Source: Lingula anatina | Lineage: Eukaryota; Animalia; Brachiopoda | Direction of reading: 5' to 3' | Length of the DNA stretch: 64,000 nucleotides | NCBI GenBank assembly: GCA_051362555.1 | Contig: CM120641.1 | Coordinates: 27,410,401-27,474,400 of the forward strand | Shown: one piece after another, positions 37,356 through 51,563 of the stretch | Position numbering within the stretch: position 1 is the stretch's first letter | How the letters are laid out: the number at the start of each line of letters is the position of its first letter | The notes under the pieces: generated by a model | Seen by the model: only the letters and a program-made list of their open reading frames with translations | Told to the model about the DNA's origin: nothing | Databases searched by the model: none | Program-made: the position numbers and the translations under genes

Positions 37356-39815
37356 CTGGAACAAATACAAATATAGTTTGTAACATTTCAAATGGATATT
37401 AGATTTATGCTTAAAAACTGTAACTCAAAGTGTTGATGTGGAATACTGAATTTTAAAATAGCGTAAAAAATCATAATACATTGAAAAACTGAATAAAGTC
37501 AATAAACGTGAAAAAGATAAGATAAACTAAGATAGAATAAAACGATTTAAGTATATTTGATAATCTATGTAAACACATAAAAATGCATTCCTAAAACATT
37601 TTATCTTTAAGAAATTAATTAAAAGCATGACTTATTGGTCAGTAAAATTAACACCGTTGGGTATATCCTGTAATTTGTTTTTCGAAGGGGAACCTGGAAA
37701 TTTGAATAACATGCTCCTTACAGACAACACGTGAAGGTAACTATCAGCAAAATCAGTATAACTTTTGAAGTTAGGTTATTGTTGACCTGTTTTAGCATCA
37801 AAGGCAAATGCGTCAGAGAGGGAATTATACAGAAGGCTTGTATTTGAAGTTTCGCTGGGACAAAAAACGTAAATGTCATGCATAGTTTTTACAAATCATT
37901 TCAAGAATATGCAATTTTTTTTCGATTAACGTGCAGGCCAAGTTGGAGATACTTTGCGGTCAAATATTATCGCTTTTTATAATAAGCCATTTTTTTGCTG
38001 CATTAACTGACTTAGGCAAACATATTCCCCAGAATATTAGCGTTATAAAAGGAAATTGATACCAAAGTTAGTTGTAATCGGATGAATTGGCAACTCCGCG
38101 AATTCACAAGCTTCTCGTTGTTGTTCTATACGGGATTGGGGGCGCAAAACGCTGGTGTTTATCCAGATAAATGAGATACAGAAGTGCAGGCCACAAAACC
38201 TACTGAGCGCGGGAACAATGATAGATAGGACTCGTCTGCTTGCAAACGATTGTCCGCCAGCTCACAAATGATTGGCGGATTGTCGAGACTGACGGCAGGA
38301 ATCTATTGACGTGGGACCAACTCTTTTCAATCGCAAAGGTGATAAATAGATATAGATTTTCAATTAAAATACTTTGGTTTGGGATTCAGAAGAAAGAAAT
38401 GAAGGGTCTCTTTTGTACTGCGTTTCTGATCGTTCTCTGGAACCAGGGTTTGGCCATCCGACCCCGTGTGAATGTTCCTTTTTTTGATGTTTATCGCCAA
38501 CCCAAGGGTCACGTCGAGCAGGGAAACGGCGTAGGGGAGCCAACCGCAACGCCAACGACTCTCAGCAAAATTACACTGTGCACTAACTGGTAAGTCTTTA
38601 TTTTATTTCTCTATTTCAGTTTAAGATAATAAATTCTTGCACGGCGTTAGATTCAAGTACGCAAAACGTCAATGGCCGCGTTTTTGCGTTTAGCTACGTT
38701 TTCTCACGGGCAGACAATCGGCTTCATGGTAAACTGTTGCACAAACCTAATAAACAATCATGGGGATCTGTCCAAAATGACAAGATAAAGGTTTTTCGAA
38801 ACAGATGTTTAACTATCACAGGAGTCAAAGTAGTGATCGTGCTCGGAACACATCATGCAGAATGCGACTCAACAACATTTATAGTTTCCGTGGGAGTTGG
38901 CACAGTTTGGATGCCAGAAAAATTGGTTCTGTTCGAAAGCCATCTGCAAACAATACTAGTTGCATATACGCCAACTGTGGCAGTAAAGGGAAACAGACAC
39001 AGCCGCAGGTGATATAACTGTGTAAAAGTTCCTGCTTGCGTGTGGGTAGAAGGCTGGGAAGCAGGGATACGCATGCTTTGGTTAGTCGATCAATTTACTT
39101 CCTGGAAAACGGAGTCTGGGAAAATTTCGTACGTAATTAAACTACACGTTGTATATGTACTAATGACAGTGAATGATCAGCTATAGCTGTAGCAGACGCA
39201 CCATAGCCTTTTTCAAAATGATCCTCTGTGTACTAAGGTGTGGTTATATCCAAGTCCCATATTGCCCAACACATGCTCTTGATTTAGGGAGCGGGGACGT
39301 CGTTGGCGGGCTACCTTAAACCGTGACTGCCCTCTCTAGGAATCCACGACTGTGTAAACCGGTTTGTTTTGTTTGGGGTGTAGAAGCAGAATGTGAATAC
39401 AAGTGCGATCAATACTTGATTTGTTAGTACTTTAAATGCACTATGTATGTTCTTACGCTCCCTCCTCTTATCATTTAGAGTATTTTCCTTTTCGGTGGTA
39501 TATTAAAACGATCGTACACAAACTTATATTTGTTTTCTGTAGAGTGTCCGCAGAATTAGAACCCAACATAAGAACATTAAAGAGTTTTGCCACTTTGGTG
39601 TTATTTCATCTTTTTTGGCACATTTATGAAAAACAATTTAAAAGTTTGTATAAAGTCTGGTTAAAACTTGCAAAAGTATTGCATGATTACCTCTACTGTA
39701 ATCCAAGTTTTGTTCGCACTGCCATCTATGTGGCGAGGTGTTATGTCACTTAATTAAGGGACGTTATAATGAGGCTTTCTAAAGTGATATCTCTTAGATA
39801 TTAATATGACACCAA

Positions 39816-40000
39816 CCCATAGCAAAACGAAAAGTTTGCAGCAATATTTCAGCAACGAGTTTGCAAGAATTCTATTGCCGCTTATTTGCAGTCATATTGC
39901 AGCAAATTTGCAAGAAAAAATTGCAGTTTGAAGCAATATTGTAGTATATTTGCTGCAAAATCGCTACGAATTTGCAGCAGGTCTGATATTTTGCTAAGGG
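39816..40000. mobile_element. 185-bp MITE, CACTA/EnSpm (CMC)-like, in Wnt6 intron 3
   Basis: Terminal inverted repeats CCCATAGCAAAA / TTTTGCTAAGGG match at 11/12 positions, with AA on both sides (possible 2-bp TSD). TTTGCAGCAA/TTGCTGCAAA motifs recur inside. Confidence 0.6.
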
Positions 40001-40315
40001 AATTTCTTATTGTGAACAACATCGCAGTTACAGTACTTGCAACACTTCTATAACCTCTATTCAGCATCCTTTAATCATGGGGAATTGTAACAGATATATG
40101 CAAATTGAAACAAATATTAGTTTGATTTAATGAAGCGATTAAGTAAAGTCTAGTTCATTGTGGCAAGACTCGTTAACAGATCGATTTTCTATTCATAAAA
40201 TGACCATTTGTCTCAGTGTGATTTTATTGACATTACAATAAAAATCTATTAACCGAACTAAATAAGCAATGAGAAAACTCATAATTTTTTAACGTTACTT
40301 AAAAATAACTGCTGA

Positions 40316-40356
<41 letters not shown>

Positions 40357-43031
40357 AGTAAAATAATTATTTTAACTGTTCAGTGTTTTGGACAAAATGC
40401 TGGTTAAATTTAATCTTTCGAAAACTTTTATAACAAAGCGGCATCTAAACTGTCATGTGATTTACAATTGAGACGAACAAAAGATAATTCAGATTTTAAA
40501 CGGATAAATAGCATTGCTGAATTTCTTTTGAGATTAAACTTCATTGCAGTGGTGAGGTATATTTATCAAATTGATATATGAATGAAGGCTCCCTGGTGTC
40601 CAAACAAATATAATTTGGAAGGATTTCTTTTAAAATTTAGGCCATTAGGACCATTTCAATGAACTTAATTTGTTACAAACGTCACGGGATTCCAATTCTA
40701 TCCCTACCCATATTACACTTGATGAAATGTTAGAAATAAACCCGAGTCATCAATGTCTTTATACCTCTTCAAGCGGAGAAAAGGCAATATTGAAGTCAGT
40801 GGGTAAAACATTTTGGCATTGTTCAAATTGAAAGAATCTTTCTCTCGATCCCTATTAAAACTATTACAATAACCCCTCGGTTGTAAATACCTTCTCTGAA
40901 GCGAATGAATTGTCGTGGTTTCAAATTTGAACCCATGGGAAGCAAGCATCTTCAGCTGGGACTATTTCTTATATACTTATTATCCTCATTATCCTCATTT
41001 TTATTTTTCCACATATGATTGTACTTAGTTCACGAATTTTCGTTTTTTTTTTTTTATCTGTTCAAACATGTAAAAAAAAAAACGGGATCAACAGAAATAC
41101 CACCCATATGTCACCGGACTATTACTCACTAAAAATTCCTGATGTTTGACAGAGTGATGTCAGAAATTGATAGCTTCAAAGAGGGTCTTGGTGCACAAGA
41201 AAGTGTCAGTTCACGTCAGTGCGCCTCCGAAATCCGCATTACAACGTTTTGGTTGTTCGCCCAAAGTGGTAACTCATCCCTTCGTGACGCACCGTGCTCC
41301 TCACCCACGCACCCCAACTTTGCAAACCACAACACAAAATTATAATCTAAAACCCCAGTTTAAATTTCATTCACCACTGCGTTGCTAAATATAAATTCCT
41401 GGGAATATAAATAGGCTTGCTTTATCTGAGGCGCATCCTGTGAGTAAATATTGTGTTTGAAGGGGGATGTGATAAGGCTGTTGCATCAGGTTCATTGTTA
41501 CATGCGTTTTGACGTATATGGCCGTGTCGGACACTGTTTTACTAGTGCGCTTTGTAAAAAGCTCTTGCATTGAGGTTATGCATTACAGGGTGTAACGAAT
41601 AAGCGACTTGGGCGATCTCTTCAACTTTTTTAAAAGTCAGATCATGTTTTGACACGAGAAACAGGAGTTTCCTTCCATGGTGAAATTTATCAATCTTGTT
41701 CCTAGGTCTCTGTTTATAATGTTAGCAGACATTATCAATTAGTGCTGTCCGCATCGAGCACCCCGCTGTCTAGTCCGTACAAGAAATTAGCTATATTCAG
41801 GAAAGTCTTTTTTTTTACGAAATAATTTGTGTTCAGCCTCCCCCTACCCGCCTCCTGATTGGCACTGCTCCATGGTCTAGCCATACATCAAATACGCAAA
41901 TCGTCTGCCTGTATAATTCTGTCAACACGAAGGCGTAACCAAGCACAGGCAGCACACTGCTAACATGAGAAAGGAAATTTTGGGAGAACAGGGCAATATA
42001 AATCAGACGCTTGATGCTTGCTTCTTCTAGCCTTGTCGAAAATTATATGCGCCACCTTTTAATAAGATGCTGTCAAAATGAGAATTAAATTTTATTTTAA
42101 AACACAAAGTTAAAACACAAAGCGCATATGAATTGCATGTTTACGCGTTCCGTTTATCGGTTTCAAAGATTTTGAAAACCTGAATTTTGAAATCGCCTCA
42201 GCATTTTTTCAGTTCTAAAATACGTACCGCTTAGTCACAGTAACTTAATTCTTCTGTCTCTGACTAATATCATCATGACTAGTTTTAATTCATTATTGGG
42301 TTCGGAAGGGTGTGGGCGCTCAAAAGTTTATCACTCTTTGAGGTAATTTTCACTTTATCAACATCATTCTTAATTAATGATGGGATGAAAAGCAAGTCAA
42401 CATGTTTTTGTGGGCAATACATTTGAATCAAACATCAGCTCATGGGCAATAAACTTAAATGTTTGAGTGTTATTATTCTATATATGAGATAATCCATATC
42501 AAGACTTACTGTATGCCAGGCTCCACAATATTGTCATAATAATGCAAAACTGCATTGACATTGTAAAAGTGAAAAATAAATAAGAAATGGTAAAAGGAAT
42601 GAATAAGAAATAAGAAAAGTAAGGCGGATTTAAAGTGGCTTTTTCAAAGGACTTGCATGTTGCAGCAAGGTGAAAGACGATCCGAAACAAACAGGCCTAG
42701 CCTAAATATCATAACTGAACGCTGACAGCTACAGCAATAAGGACCTGTTGATGGATAAATTCGCAGGGTTGCCAATACTTAAACGAAATGTCAAGATTTT
42801 TGGCAGTAAAAATATAATAAAATACTCGGGCACTTAAAAAGAATCGAACGGCGGCATATTAGAGCAGATTGGGCAGCTTGCCATTTTATTTTTTTTACTT
42901 ACATGTAGAAGGGTTGGTAGGGCATTTTGGATTAAAGAAAAAGCCTTTTGAATTTATAATGAACCATAGGTGGGGGGAAAGGTAACTGAAAAAGAGACGT
43001 TTAGCAAAATCCCATGTCTTATCTCACTCAC

Positions 43032-43309
43032 CAATCGACCTGCTTCGTTATTATGTAACTGTATTAATGTCCTCATGTCGTTTTGTCTCTTTTTCCGCCT
43101 GGCATCCATGAATGCTTTTGATTTTAAATATCCGAATTCCACATTGTCCCCGCATCCTCCCCACTCCCATTCTCCATCTGTCTTAAAATCGCGTATTTTG
43201 ACGTCAGCGCACGTGCACTGAAGTAGCAAACCCATGCTGCACGCTTGTGTCACTGAATAGACCACGCCTGCCGCCGTTACTGCAAACACAAATGCAGTCT
43301 CTCTAGTAT
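43032..43309 (-). CDS. Wnt6: Wnt6 coding exon 3
   Basis: Acceptor tttttcag|AT. Encodes DTRETAFVFAVTAAGVVYSVTQACSMGLLLQCTC...WEWGGCGDNVEFG...LHNNEAGRL. Donor TTG|gtgagt (phase 0). TQACSMG and GGCGD are Wnt6 signatures. Confidence 0.96.
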
Positions 43310-43350
43310 CTGAAAAAAATATTTGAATATTTCATTATAATGATACAAAT

Positions 43351-43354
<4 letters not shown>

Positions 43355-43413
<59 letters not shown>

Positions 43414-43416
43414 TGT
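43355..43416. repeat. Compound microsatellite (CT)n(GT)n, 45 bp from the Wnt6 exon 3 acceptor
   Basis: Direct reading. Confidence 0.95.
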
Positions 43417-46400
43417 GCACGCACGCGCGCGAGCTTATGTGTGTGGGTGTGCGAATGAGGAGAGATGAAGTGAAGGTCTTATTCGTCGCACCTACCGCAT
43501 TTGTAAACTAAAAGCAAACTCTTTAGGTTATACTGTATGTGGTGCATTTCCAGAGTCTTCAAGGTGAAGTATAAGAAAATGAAATTTAACAAAATTACTT
43601 TTCAAATGTAGACACTCGCCCAACTAAAGAGCTAACATAAAGGTATTAAGGAATCGTCATAAAACCAACTGGAAATTAGCTACATAAAAGTTGAACATTT
43701 ATGTATGAAAATGCATCGGGATATAGTTATCATACAGAAAGTCAACAGAATCATTTTAGACGTTTACAATAATAAATATATCGTGCTTCGTCCTGAGCGA
43801 TGCCACTTTTCCTATCACATCTTTTCCTTCGAACTTCTGACTGTTAAAAAATAGAACAGATGAAAAAATGAAGCACTTCATCCTGCAACTTGTTTTACAC
43901 GTTTTCTAAACTATTTCGTTGCCCTTTCCAAAGTACCATGTGTGCATTGGCTGGAGAGTATGAGGGTATATGTATGTGCATTCTTTCGAAGCTTCTGGCC
44001 AATGTGAGAGCAAAAATCCCTTGTGTATCACACGTGGAATGAAAACCTTTAGTACAATATTCACTGTAAAAAGTTGGACAAACTTCACAGCAGACTTGGA
44101 GAAATTCAATAATTGAATACAATCTCAAAGAAAAATGTCTAACTTAAATGATCAAACAAACAATTCCTGGGATAAGGATTGTTAAACTATTCAAATATGC
44201 TCTCTAGTCCCGTGTCAGAAACAATGACCATAACAAATATAAAGACAAAATTTTACTCGTATAATGATAACATTAATAATAAATCACCGAAACGAATGTT
44301 TTCTTTTTTATATGAAACTTCTATATGAACTTCCAATAGGCCAAACAGAATAAATGTGCACATATCTAACCGAGATCAAGTAGGAAAAATTATTTATTGC
44401 TGAATAAAATAACATTTTACTATATTGTTAAAATATATATGAATAACCAAACTAACCAATATTTCAGCCCAATACGACTGCCCATACTTCTTGAAAGGAA
44501 ACATAAATTAATTTAAATTAATTAGTCGGATTCCGGGACGCCTCTCGGTTTTACATCCGGAAGACCCGCAAATTAACATATTTGATTTATCTTCTCTGCT
44601 TTTAAAGTTTATCATTAATAGCTTGTTTATTTATGCCCAACTCTTCGCCCTACGATGTAATTGATTGGGATCATGCTCATAATTGAATTCCGTGGTTGCA
44701 CTCGGATACAGAGTACAACATTCGGAGTACCCACAGGCGTCTATTAGAACTTTATGGAAAAAGTGTGTATGGGTTGCTCGTTAAAAATAACTCCGAGAAG
44801 AAAACATCCTTTGCCTTCTAGCAGAAACGAGCCTCTCCCAAACGACTAGGTTATGATTTTGCAGCTTGGCGTTGCGCATTTGTCTATATGACTTTTTTAA
44901 ATTAACACCGTTTTCTAGTTTTCCTGGCTGTTTTACTACATGTACAATTTCTCCTGTTTTTAAAATCATGATGTCTTTTTTTTAAGTGCATTTTTTTTCA
45001 TGTTTGGCAAAAATGAGGTGTTCTATTTTGAAACGTATATTTCCCAATATCTCAAGTTTCAATTCAGAATTTGTGCATGCTTAACTAGTTTTAGTTATAT
45101 TGGTTAAATTTTATGAAATAACCAAAGGGCGGACTTCATATCAAAATATCAATCTTGAATTTTATTTCACAAATATTTATCTAGAATTAAATTCCTAAAA
45201 TTCCCCGTTTCATTAAGAATTTTCTTCAACATCAAACCAGTAGAAGTCAAGGTGCGCTCTATATTTGCAGATCCTAATTAAGTTAATAGAAACGAGCAAC
45301 AAGTGAGCCGACCATATTGCACGGCCGACTGCAGAGTGCGCTACAATCAGATCAATTTAATTTAAAAAACATGTGAGGGAGTTTTCAACCTGGCGTGAAT
45401 CTTGACTTGCAGCGTGTATAGAGAAACAAAGCGTGTTGCTTGTCTAGGGCGACCTGCGGGCAACAACAGACCATGTTTTGAGACAGTGAGGAATGCGGCT
45501 TCTTGCTGCGAAAAGGCAGTGTTTTATTATTTTATTTTCTTTCATGTTAACTTATCGAATCAACCCTAGATAAATAGTTGCGTGCCCGCGCTGGTGCAAC
45601 CAAATGTTTATCTTCAGATCGAGAAGATATCTTGTATCCCCAATTGTTGCGTTAAGTTTTTCTACACCAAATGTATCAAAGAATGAATAGATTTTTGTAA
45701 GTGGATTCAATGACGGATAAGATTGCAAATAGGCGAATGGATATGAGAACAAATAAGCCCTAGTAAAAGTTTTCTTTTAAGAAAAAAAGTCTCGCAAAAC
45801 AAATATCGATTTAAATTTGACAATGCTGCAATATTATATCGGGGCCAGCTGAGTAAAACAAAACAAATAAACAAATACCATTCACCAAATATTTGTTTCA
45901 GGTCAATATTTCGAAATTAAAAATACCCCATTCGAGTACGCTAACAACTGCCCTGTATATATCACGCTTGCATATTTTAATACGTCTCCTCAAATGAAAA
46001 CCAGATCAAGTGCATACGTTTTTTTTTCTACTACAGAATTGTCCCGCGGGGAAAGAGTCGGCAGTGTGCTTGTACAACACGCTTTGTACACAGTTTCTCT
46101 CTGACCACGAGTAACCTCAAAGCATATGAAAAAATCAGCAAATTTGATACAGCGTAAACTGAAAGCAGAAAGAGTAGGGAGAGCCCGGTGGTAACGCTGC
46201 TTGTCCTACTTCTGCCCTGAAGTTTTACGTCCAGAAAGATTCGTGAAGTTTACGTCATATTTTCATTAAAAAGAAAGCTGCTAAAGCAAGTGTGTTTTCC
46301 ACCACATGGTTGAGTTTAAGGGAATCCAACTCTCCAGAGAGTCATACCGTTAAGCACTTAATTTCATGCAAGCTTAATATTAATCACTTGTTGCATCGAT

Positions 46401-48737
46401 AGTTGCGTCATAGTAAATACACATATTTTTACAATTAATTGGGAGAGAGAGAGAGGGAGAGGGAGAGAGAGAGAGAGAGAGGGGGGGGGGGGACGGGGGG
46501 CAGAAAGATAACGTGGCTTGACTTTTTACATTTGAATATTTCACATTTGCATTAGGTTGATAAATTTCGTTAACACTCTCATGATAAATGGCCAAAATGA
46601 ACAATAGAAATATTTTGATCACAGTAATCGAGCGCTCCTAATTAGACGTCAGTTGTAACTTCACAAAAAGCATAAATCGCCCATCTGATTGTTCTTAATA
46701 AGAGTAGGATATTAATTGCTTCCAATTAATTAGGTTTCCATGCCTTGTTCTGGCGACTGGTAAGAAATAATTTGTATTATAGATGCGTGCAGACATATTC
46801 ATTACATTCAACTGCCCTTCCATTTACTTGTGATGTAACAGGTAATGTAATACAGTATTCCCCAGATATTTGATTTCCATTTTGATAGGGAGGGATGAAG
46901 CCAAAAGACGAATGATTATGAGTTGGGACCAGTTCTCATTCCTCTTCAAACTAATTTTTCAAAATGTTTGCTTTCGTTTGATGTAATCGGGCACATTTCT
47001 TTGACTAAAGACACAGAAATAAATGCCAAGGGAAATAACCAAATTTAGCTTCGTATCATTAAATTATCTTATTTCTAAATATCCAGATATGATATTAAAA
47101 TGTCCACCACGATTTTCAGGTCCTAGTTTATATTGACAGGCACTCATTAAAAGAGTCAGGCTTCGTATATAGCTTTATTCACACACTTGAAACTAAGCAG
47201 ATCTCACCGAAGTTAACAAGGCGAAGGGATTGTTGGCGGAGATTTGACAGCCCCGTGTCAACACTAGACAGTAGCTATGTGTGGCCCGGCCATAGAAACT
47301 TTCAATTTAGAGCAATTAACAAATCCACACGAGACCCTAGGGCAGAATTGTGTGTACATTTTTCAGCTGATGTTTCAAGTATGATACACATCTAATGGAC
47401 AATAGCAAACTATCGGAATTAGACAAAATGTAAACTTTGGTAAGTGCGTAGATACACAAGCACTACGACTGTGGCGTATGGGAGGTTCCAAAGTCGGACC
47501 TTTGTATTATGGAATGAAGTTTCTTATTAACTTTTTGAAAAAAAACATTGAAAAAAAACTCGTTTGAGATTTCATCAGAAATTACAATACTGCGCAATAA
47601 TTCGACAGGGGGCAACTGAGATGATGTGGCAGAAACGCGTGCGGCCGGGATTGCTATAATGGGTGGTCGGGCCTTTTTCTCCAATTTTCTGAAATTGCAG
47701 TGAGACTGTATCTGAAACTTACCGAAGTAAGTTCACAACGCCTACGGCACCGTTACCATCTAACCCACCACCATATGTCGTTGTCAATAATATCTGTTGT
47801 GAGCTTTGGGTAATTCACCTGACTAAGGAAGTCGAAACAGACGTTTCTGTCTTGTAATAAACCCCAGAAATGAAAGGGAAAAAAAGCCGAAGGATCCCAA
47901 ATTCCAGACCCATTGCATGGGTCTACGGTGTACGCACTCAAAAATATTGGAGCATTCTGTGTCACGAAGGACACGGCTAAGAAGTTAGTTTTAATACTGA
48001 GTGACAGCAGCAAACTGAGCGCATTTGAATCGTAATCCAAAGAATGCATCTAGGATTGGTTATGAAGAACGATACTATAACTCTTCAGTAACAAAAACGA
48101 CAAAAAACTTTTTAACATAGAACCTTCAGTCAGTTCTACTTGGCTTGTGGCTTGACTTTCTGACTTGCCTCTTTGTTCTTCTATTTTTATTTCATATATT
48201 TTTTCATGGATGATTAATACATCAATATATCGTTTTGCAATATATTGTTCGGATATGATTATAGCATTATCACATTAAATCTAATTTCATTCTTTATTTA
48301 CTAAAGACAGCTGCATTGTTGAAAGCAATGGGTCTTTTTTAATACAAACGATTCGACAAAGATAGAAGGGTGTCTTTCGGTCTCCTTGGAACATTGTCGA
48401 ACGAATTTAGTTTTTATCTCTTATGAAAGAAGTGTACGAAAAACTGTTCACTTTTAAGAGTACCTTCTTTCGCTTGGCCAAAATATTTGATCATAATTTT
48501 TGGGGAGCGGTAACAGTTCTCTAAAACAAATAGAATTTCAAAACGAACCACCAACTTCTTATTTTCACATGTAATTTAGGTACCTTAAGTTTATAATAGA
48601 ATTCATTCGTTCCTATATCTCACCAAATAAAATGCAGTGACTGCAGTTGGAAGGCATAAGGAAAGGATGTTAGGTACAGTCAAAATATAACCTAGGCCAT
48701 AATAGGGCCTAATTAGCTTTACAGCTCAATCACTAAA

Positions 48738-48739
<2 letters not shown>

Positions 48740-48770
<31 letters not shown>
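48740..48770. repeat. (GA)n microsatellite
   Basis: Direct reading. Confidence 0.9.
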
Positions 48771-48774
<4 letters not shown>

Positions 48775-48843
48775 TGACAATTTCTTAAAGACGGTTTTAA
48801 TAACAATATATATACATGTATATTCTTAAAAACCTGACTTTAC

Positions 48844-49064
48844 CTAAATTGAGTATGCGCCCAAATGACTTGTGCTGCGTAGAGCAGTTCCACTTCCTGT
48901 GGCGAAACTGAAATTGGCACTGAGCAAGGGCGAGTTGGGCCCCCTTGGCCACCTGCGAAACCACTTCGGGTTCTTTCTGGCAAATTTCTTGCTGCTTGCC
49001 GACCAGTCTTCGGGTTTTCCGACAAATACTGTTGGGGTCCATAACCAGTGGGCTTCCCACCGCC
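48844..49064 (-). CDS. Wnt6: Wnt6 coding exon 2
   Basis: Acceptor ttccag|G. Encodes AVGSPLVMDPNSICRKTRRLVGKQQEICQKEPEVV...CQFQFRHRKWNCS...FGRILNL. Donor TAG|gtaaag (phase 1). 221 nt. Confidence 0.96.
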
Positions 49065-49137
49065 CTGGAATGTATAAAAGACCTAGTAAAATAAAATTAA
49101 GTCTTATTTTATCATAATTACGCTCTCCCCCACTTCT

Positions 49138-49204
49138 CTCTCTCTTTTAATTGAAAACAGTCCCAAAATCTCTCTTTTAATTGAGAACAACCCCCAAATC
49201 TCTC
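49138..49204. repeat. Imperfect ~30-bp tandem duplication near the Wnt6 exon 2 acceptor
   Basis: TCTCTCTTTTAATTGA(A/G)AACA...CC(C)AAATC occurs twice. Confidence 0.7.
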
Positions 49205-51489
49205 CCGCTTTCTTATCAAACAATCATTCTTATCATTACCTAAATATTAAAAACAAATTATTCAGAATGCAGTCATTGTACATGTAATTTGTCTGTGTGT
49301 GTGATTCTTATTTAACAAAATACAAGAAACCGCGTGATTAATTTTGATTGTTTTTCTGTCTGGTATGCACAAAATAAGGCGGCCCTTTTCAAGTGACAAC
49401 TATGAAATATATTAAGTATATCGCTTCACACCTTCTTAACCCGAGATATAAAACTACTTCATAAATATTCTTCACTACTTCATAAAGTGCTTTGATAGTC
49501 TGTTTTACCGCTAAAGGACTGTTATAGTACCCTTCCCTTGGTTAAGTGGTGGTTAAGGAAAAGATGCAAAGATGAATATTTTATTGCCATTTCCCAAACC
49601 ATTAATCAAACCAATGTTAGGTAAGTTGGCTTTGTGAAAGTTCTATTTCGTCAACGCGTACCCGGGACTTTTTGATAGATTTTATATCTGTCGTTCCCAT
49701 TCAAACATAATTGTATAAGTATTCCATCGCAACTCATTACAGAAAAGTCTGTTGGGAAAGCTTGTCTGTGTTTGATGTCCTCACCCTGCTAGTCTTGTAA
49801 ATACCACAGAAAATCATCAAGCACAACTTAACTAAGTCTTTATCTGATTTTACAAATTACAAAATCAATTCATTTCTAGTGAAAAGAAAATACAAGGAAG
49901 TATATTATTTTAGTATCGTTTCTAAGGTGTGTATATATACGTATGTATGTAAAAATATGTGCTAAAATGTTTATTAGCCTTCCTGCTATTGAAAGCTACA
50001 AGGTAGAGTGTAATCTAAGTTTCCCTGGTTTAAAAGAAGCTACAGTGTGATATTTCATAATATTTAGGTCTCAAGACTCCATTCTATATATACATGACGT
50101 AACTCTTTCTTTAAGGGGAGTCGTTTACAATACGTAATCCGCCATATTGAAAGTCTTATACATGTAGATGTAAGTCAATGGTCATAGGAATCATACATCT
50201 AAGGGACTGAAATATAATTGTCGACACATATTTATGGTTGAAAGTCTTCCACGAGTCCATAAATGTTTAAATGTTTTTGTCAGAAATGAGTACAGATGCG
50301 AGGCGGTTTTGATATGAAGGGTTGTAAACATATAATTGGATTTGACGAGAAACCGTGCAGTTCGTGGGCCCATGTTGCCATCGCTTCAACATTATTTGGT
50401 TGTTACTCTGGCATACCATGCGATTGTGTAGTCTATACTGTTGTTGCATACATTTCGGCTTTACCATCAGCCCCCACATTTCCCTCTGGGGAAGTTCTCT
50501 GATTTGGGGCTAATTTAATACTTCTGTCCAGTAACAGGGCTTAAAATAACAAGCAGTGCTTCCTCGTCGTATGCATCTGTGTCCACTACGGGGCATGCCG
50601 ACGTCGTATCGCTTTTTTTTGGTTACCGCCATCATTTTATGTGTACTCTTAACATTTCCTTCTTTTTTTAACTGTTCTTCCCTTCAAAATCGGCTCGGGA
50701 GTAGAACTTTTGACACAAGGTGCTCATAAACAACCAGTTACTTCATACTTTTCATAATTGAATCAAGTTCAGCGAAGTCCCTCGATCGCTACATACATAA
50801 TATATAGACTGCGAGGATTGCATGATATTGCATCGGTACCAAGTATAAAGAACATTGCCAGGAGAAGAGGTAATCAAATATGGCCAGATACTCAAGGGAG
50901 TCTAGGGATTCCAATCTCGTCTCTCAGAGTCTGAGGATTTACGCTCGGGCCCTTGCCTCCGCTTTTAACAGTCTGAGATAACGGGTAATTGGCACAGAAT
51001 TATCTCAATTTACGACGAAGCGCTCCTTTCCTTTTTGCTGGGAAAGAGATTAAAATCAGCCATCCATTATTAAGGGCACTTTGCTGTACTTGACTATGAA
51101 TTTAAAAAAAGTCTACATTAAGGCTACGGGGATCGCGTAAATTTCTAAATTCATCTTTCATAAGATGGTACTCTGCTCGAGAAGAAGCGTCGTTTTTCAG
51201 GATCACAATCCGCCCGCCCGCGGCATCAGAGGCAGAAAGTGTATCTCTAAAGCTGCTTCTTTCCAACTTGTTAATTTCAATTTGCATCTACCTGTTACAA
51301 AAAGGGCGCACAATTAACCAGTACACGAAACGCATGGCAAGACAGTATAGTGATACCCGATGGGAAGATAGATACATTTAACAAAATACTAGATTAAGGG
51401 AGGATATAGACCAAACAAACACTGCTACCTGCTAAAACGAGATTACGGAATCCCGCAGATTTCTCAAGTAGATAGAAAGGTCTACTTAC

Positions 51490-51563
51490 CACCAGACACC
51501 TCCTATGTTATCCGGGCACATGAGATAAAAGAATAAGCACACTAAAACTCCCTGAAGATGCAT
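51490..51563 (-). CDS. Wnt6: Wnt6 coding exon 1 (signal peptide)
   Basis: ATG at 51563 reads MHLQGVLVCLFFYLMCPDNIGGVW-W. The phase-2 donor TG|gtaagt joins exon 2 to give GVWWAVGSPLVMDPNSIC, the canonical Wnt6 N-terminus. Confidence 0.9.

Larger units (their letters stand above)
1884..51563. other. Wnt9-Wnt1-Wnt6 gene cluster (part of the ancestral Wnt9/1/6/10 cluster)
   Basis: Three adjacent Wnt paralogs of subfamilies 9, 1 and 6, with no other recognisable coding gene between them. Confidence 0.9.
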
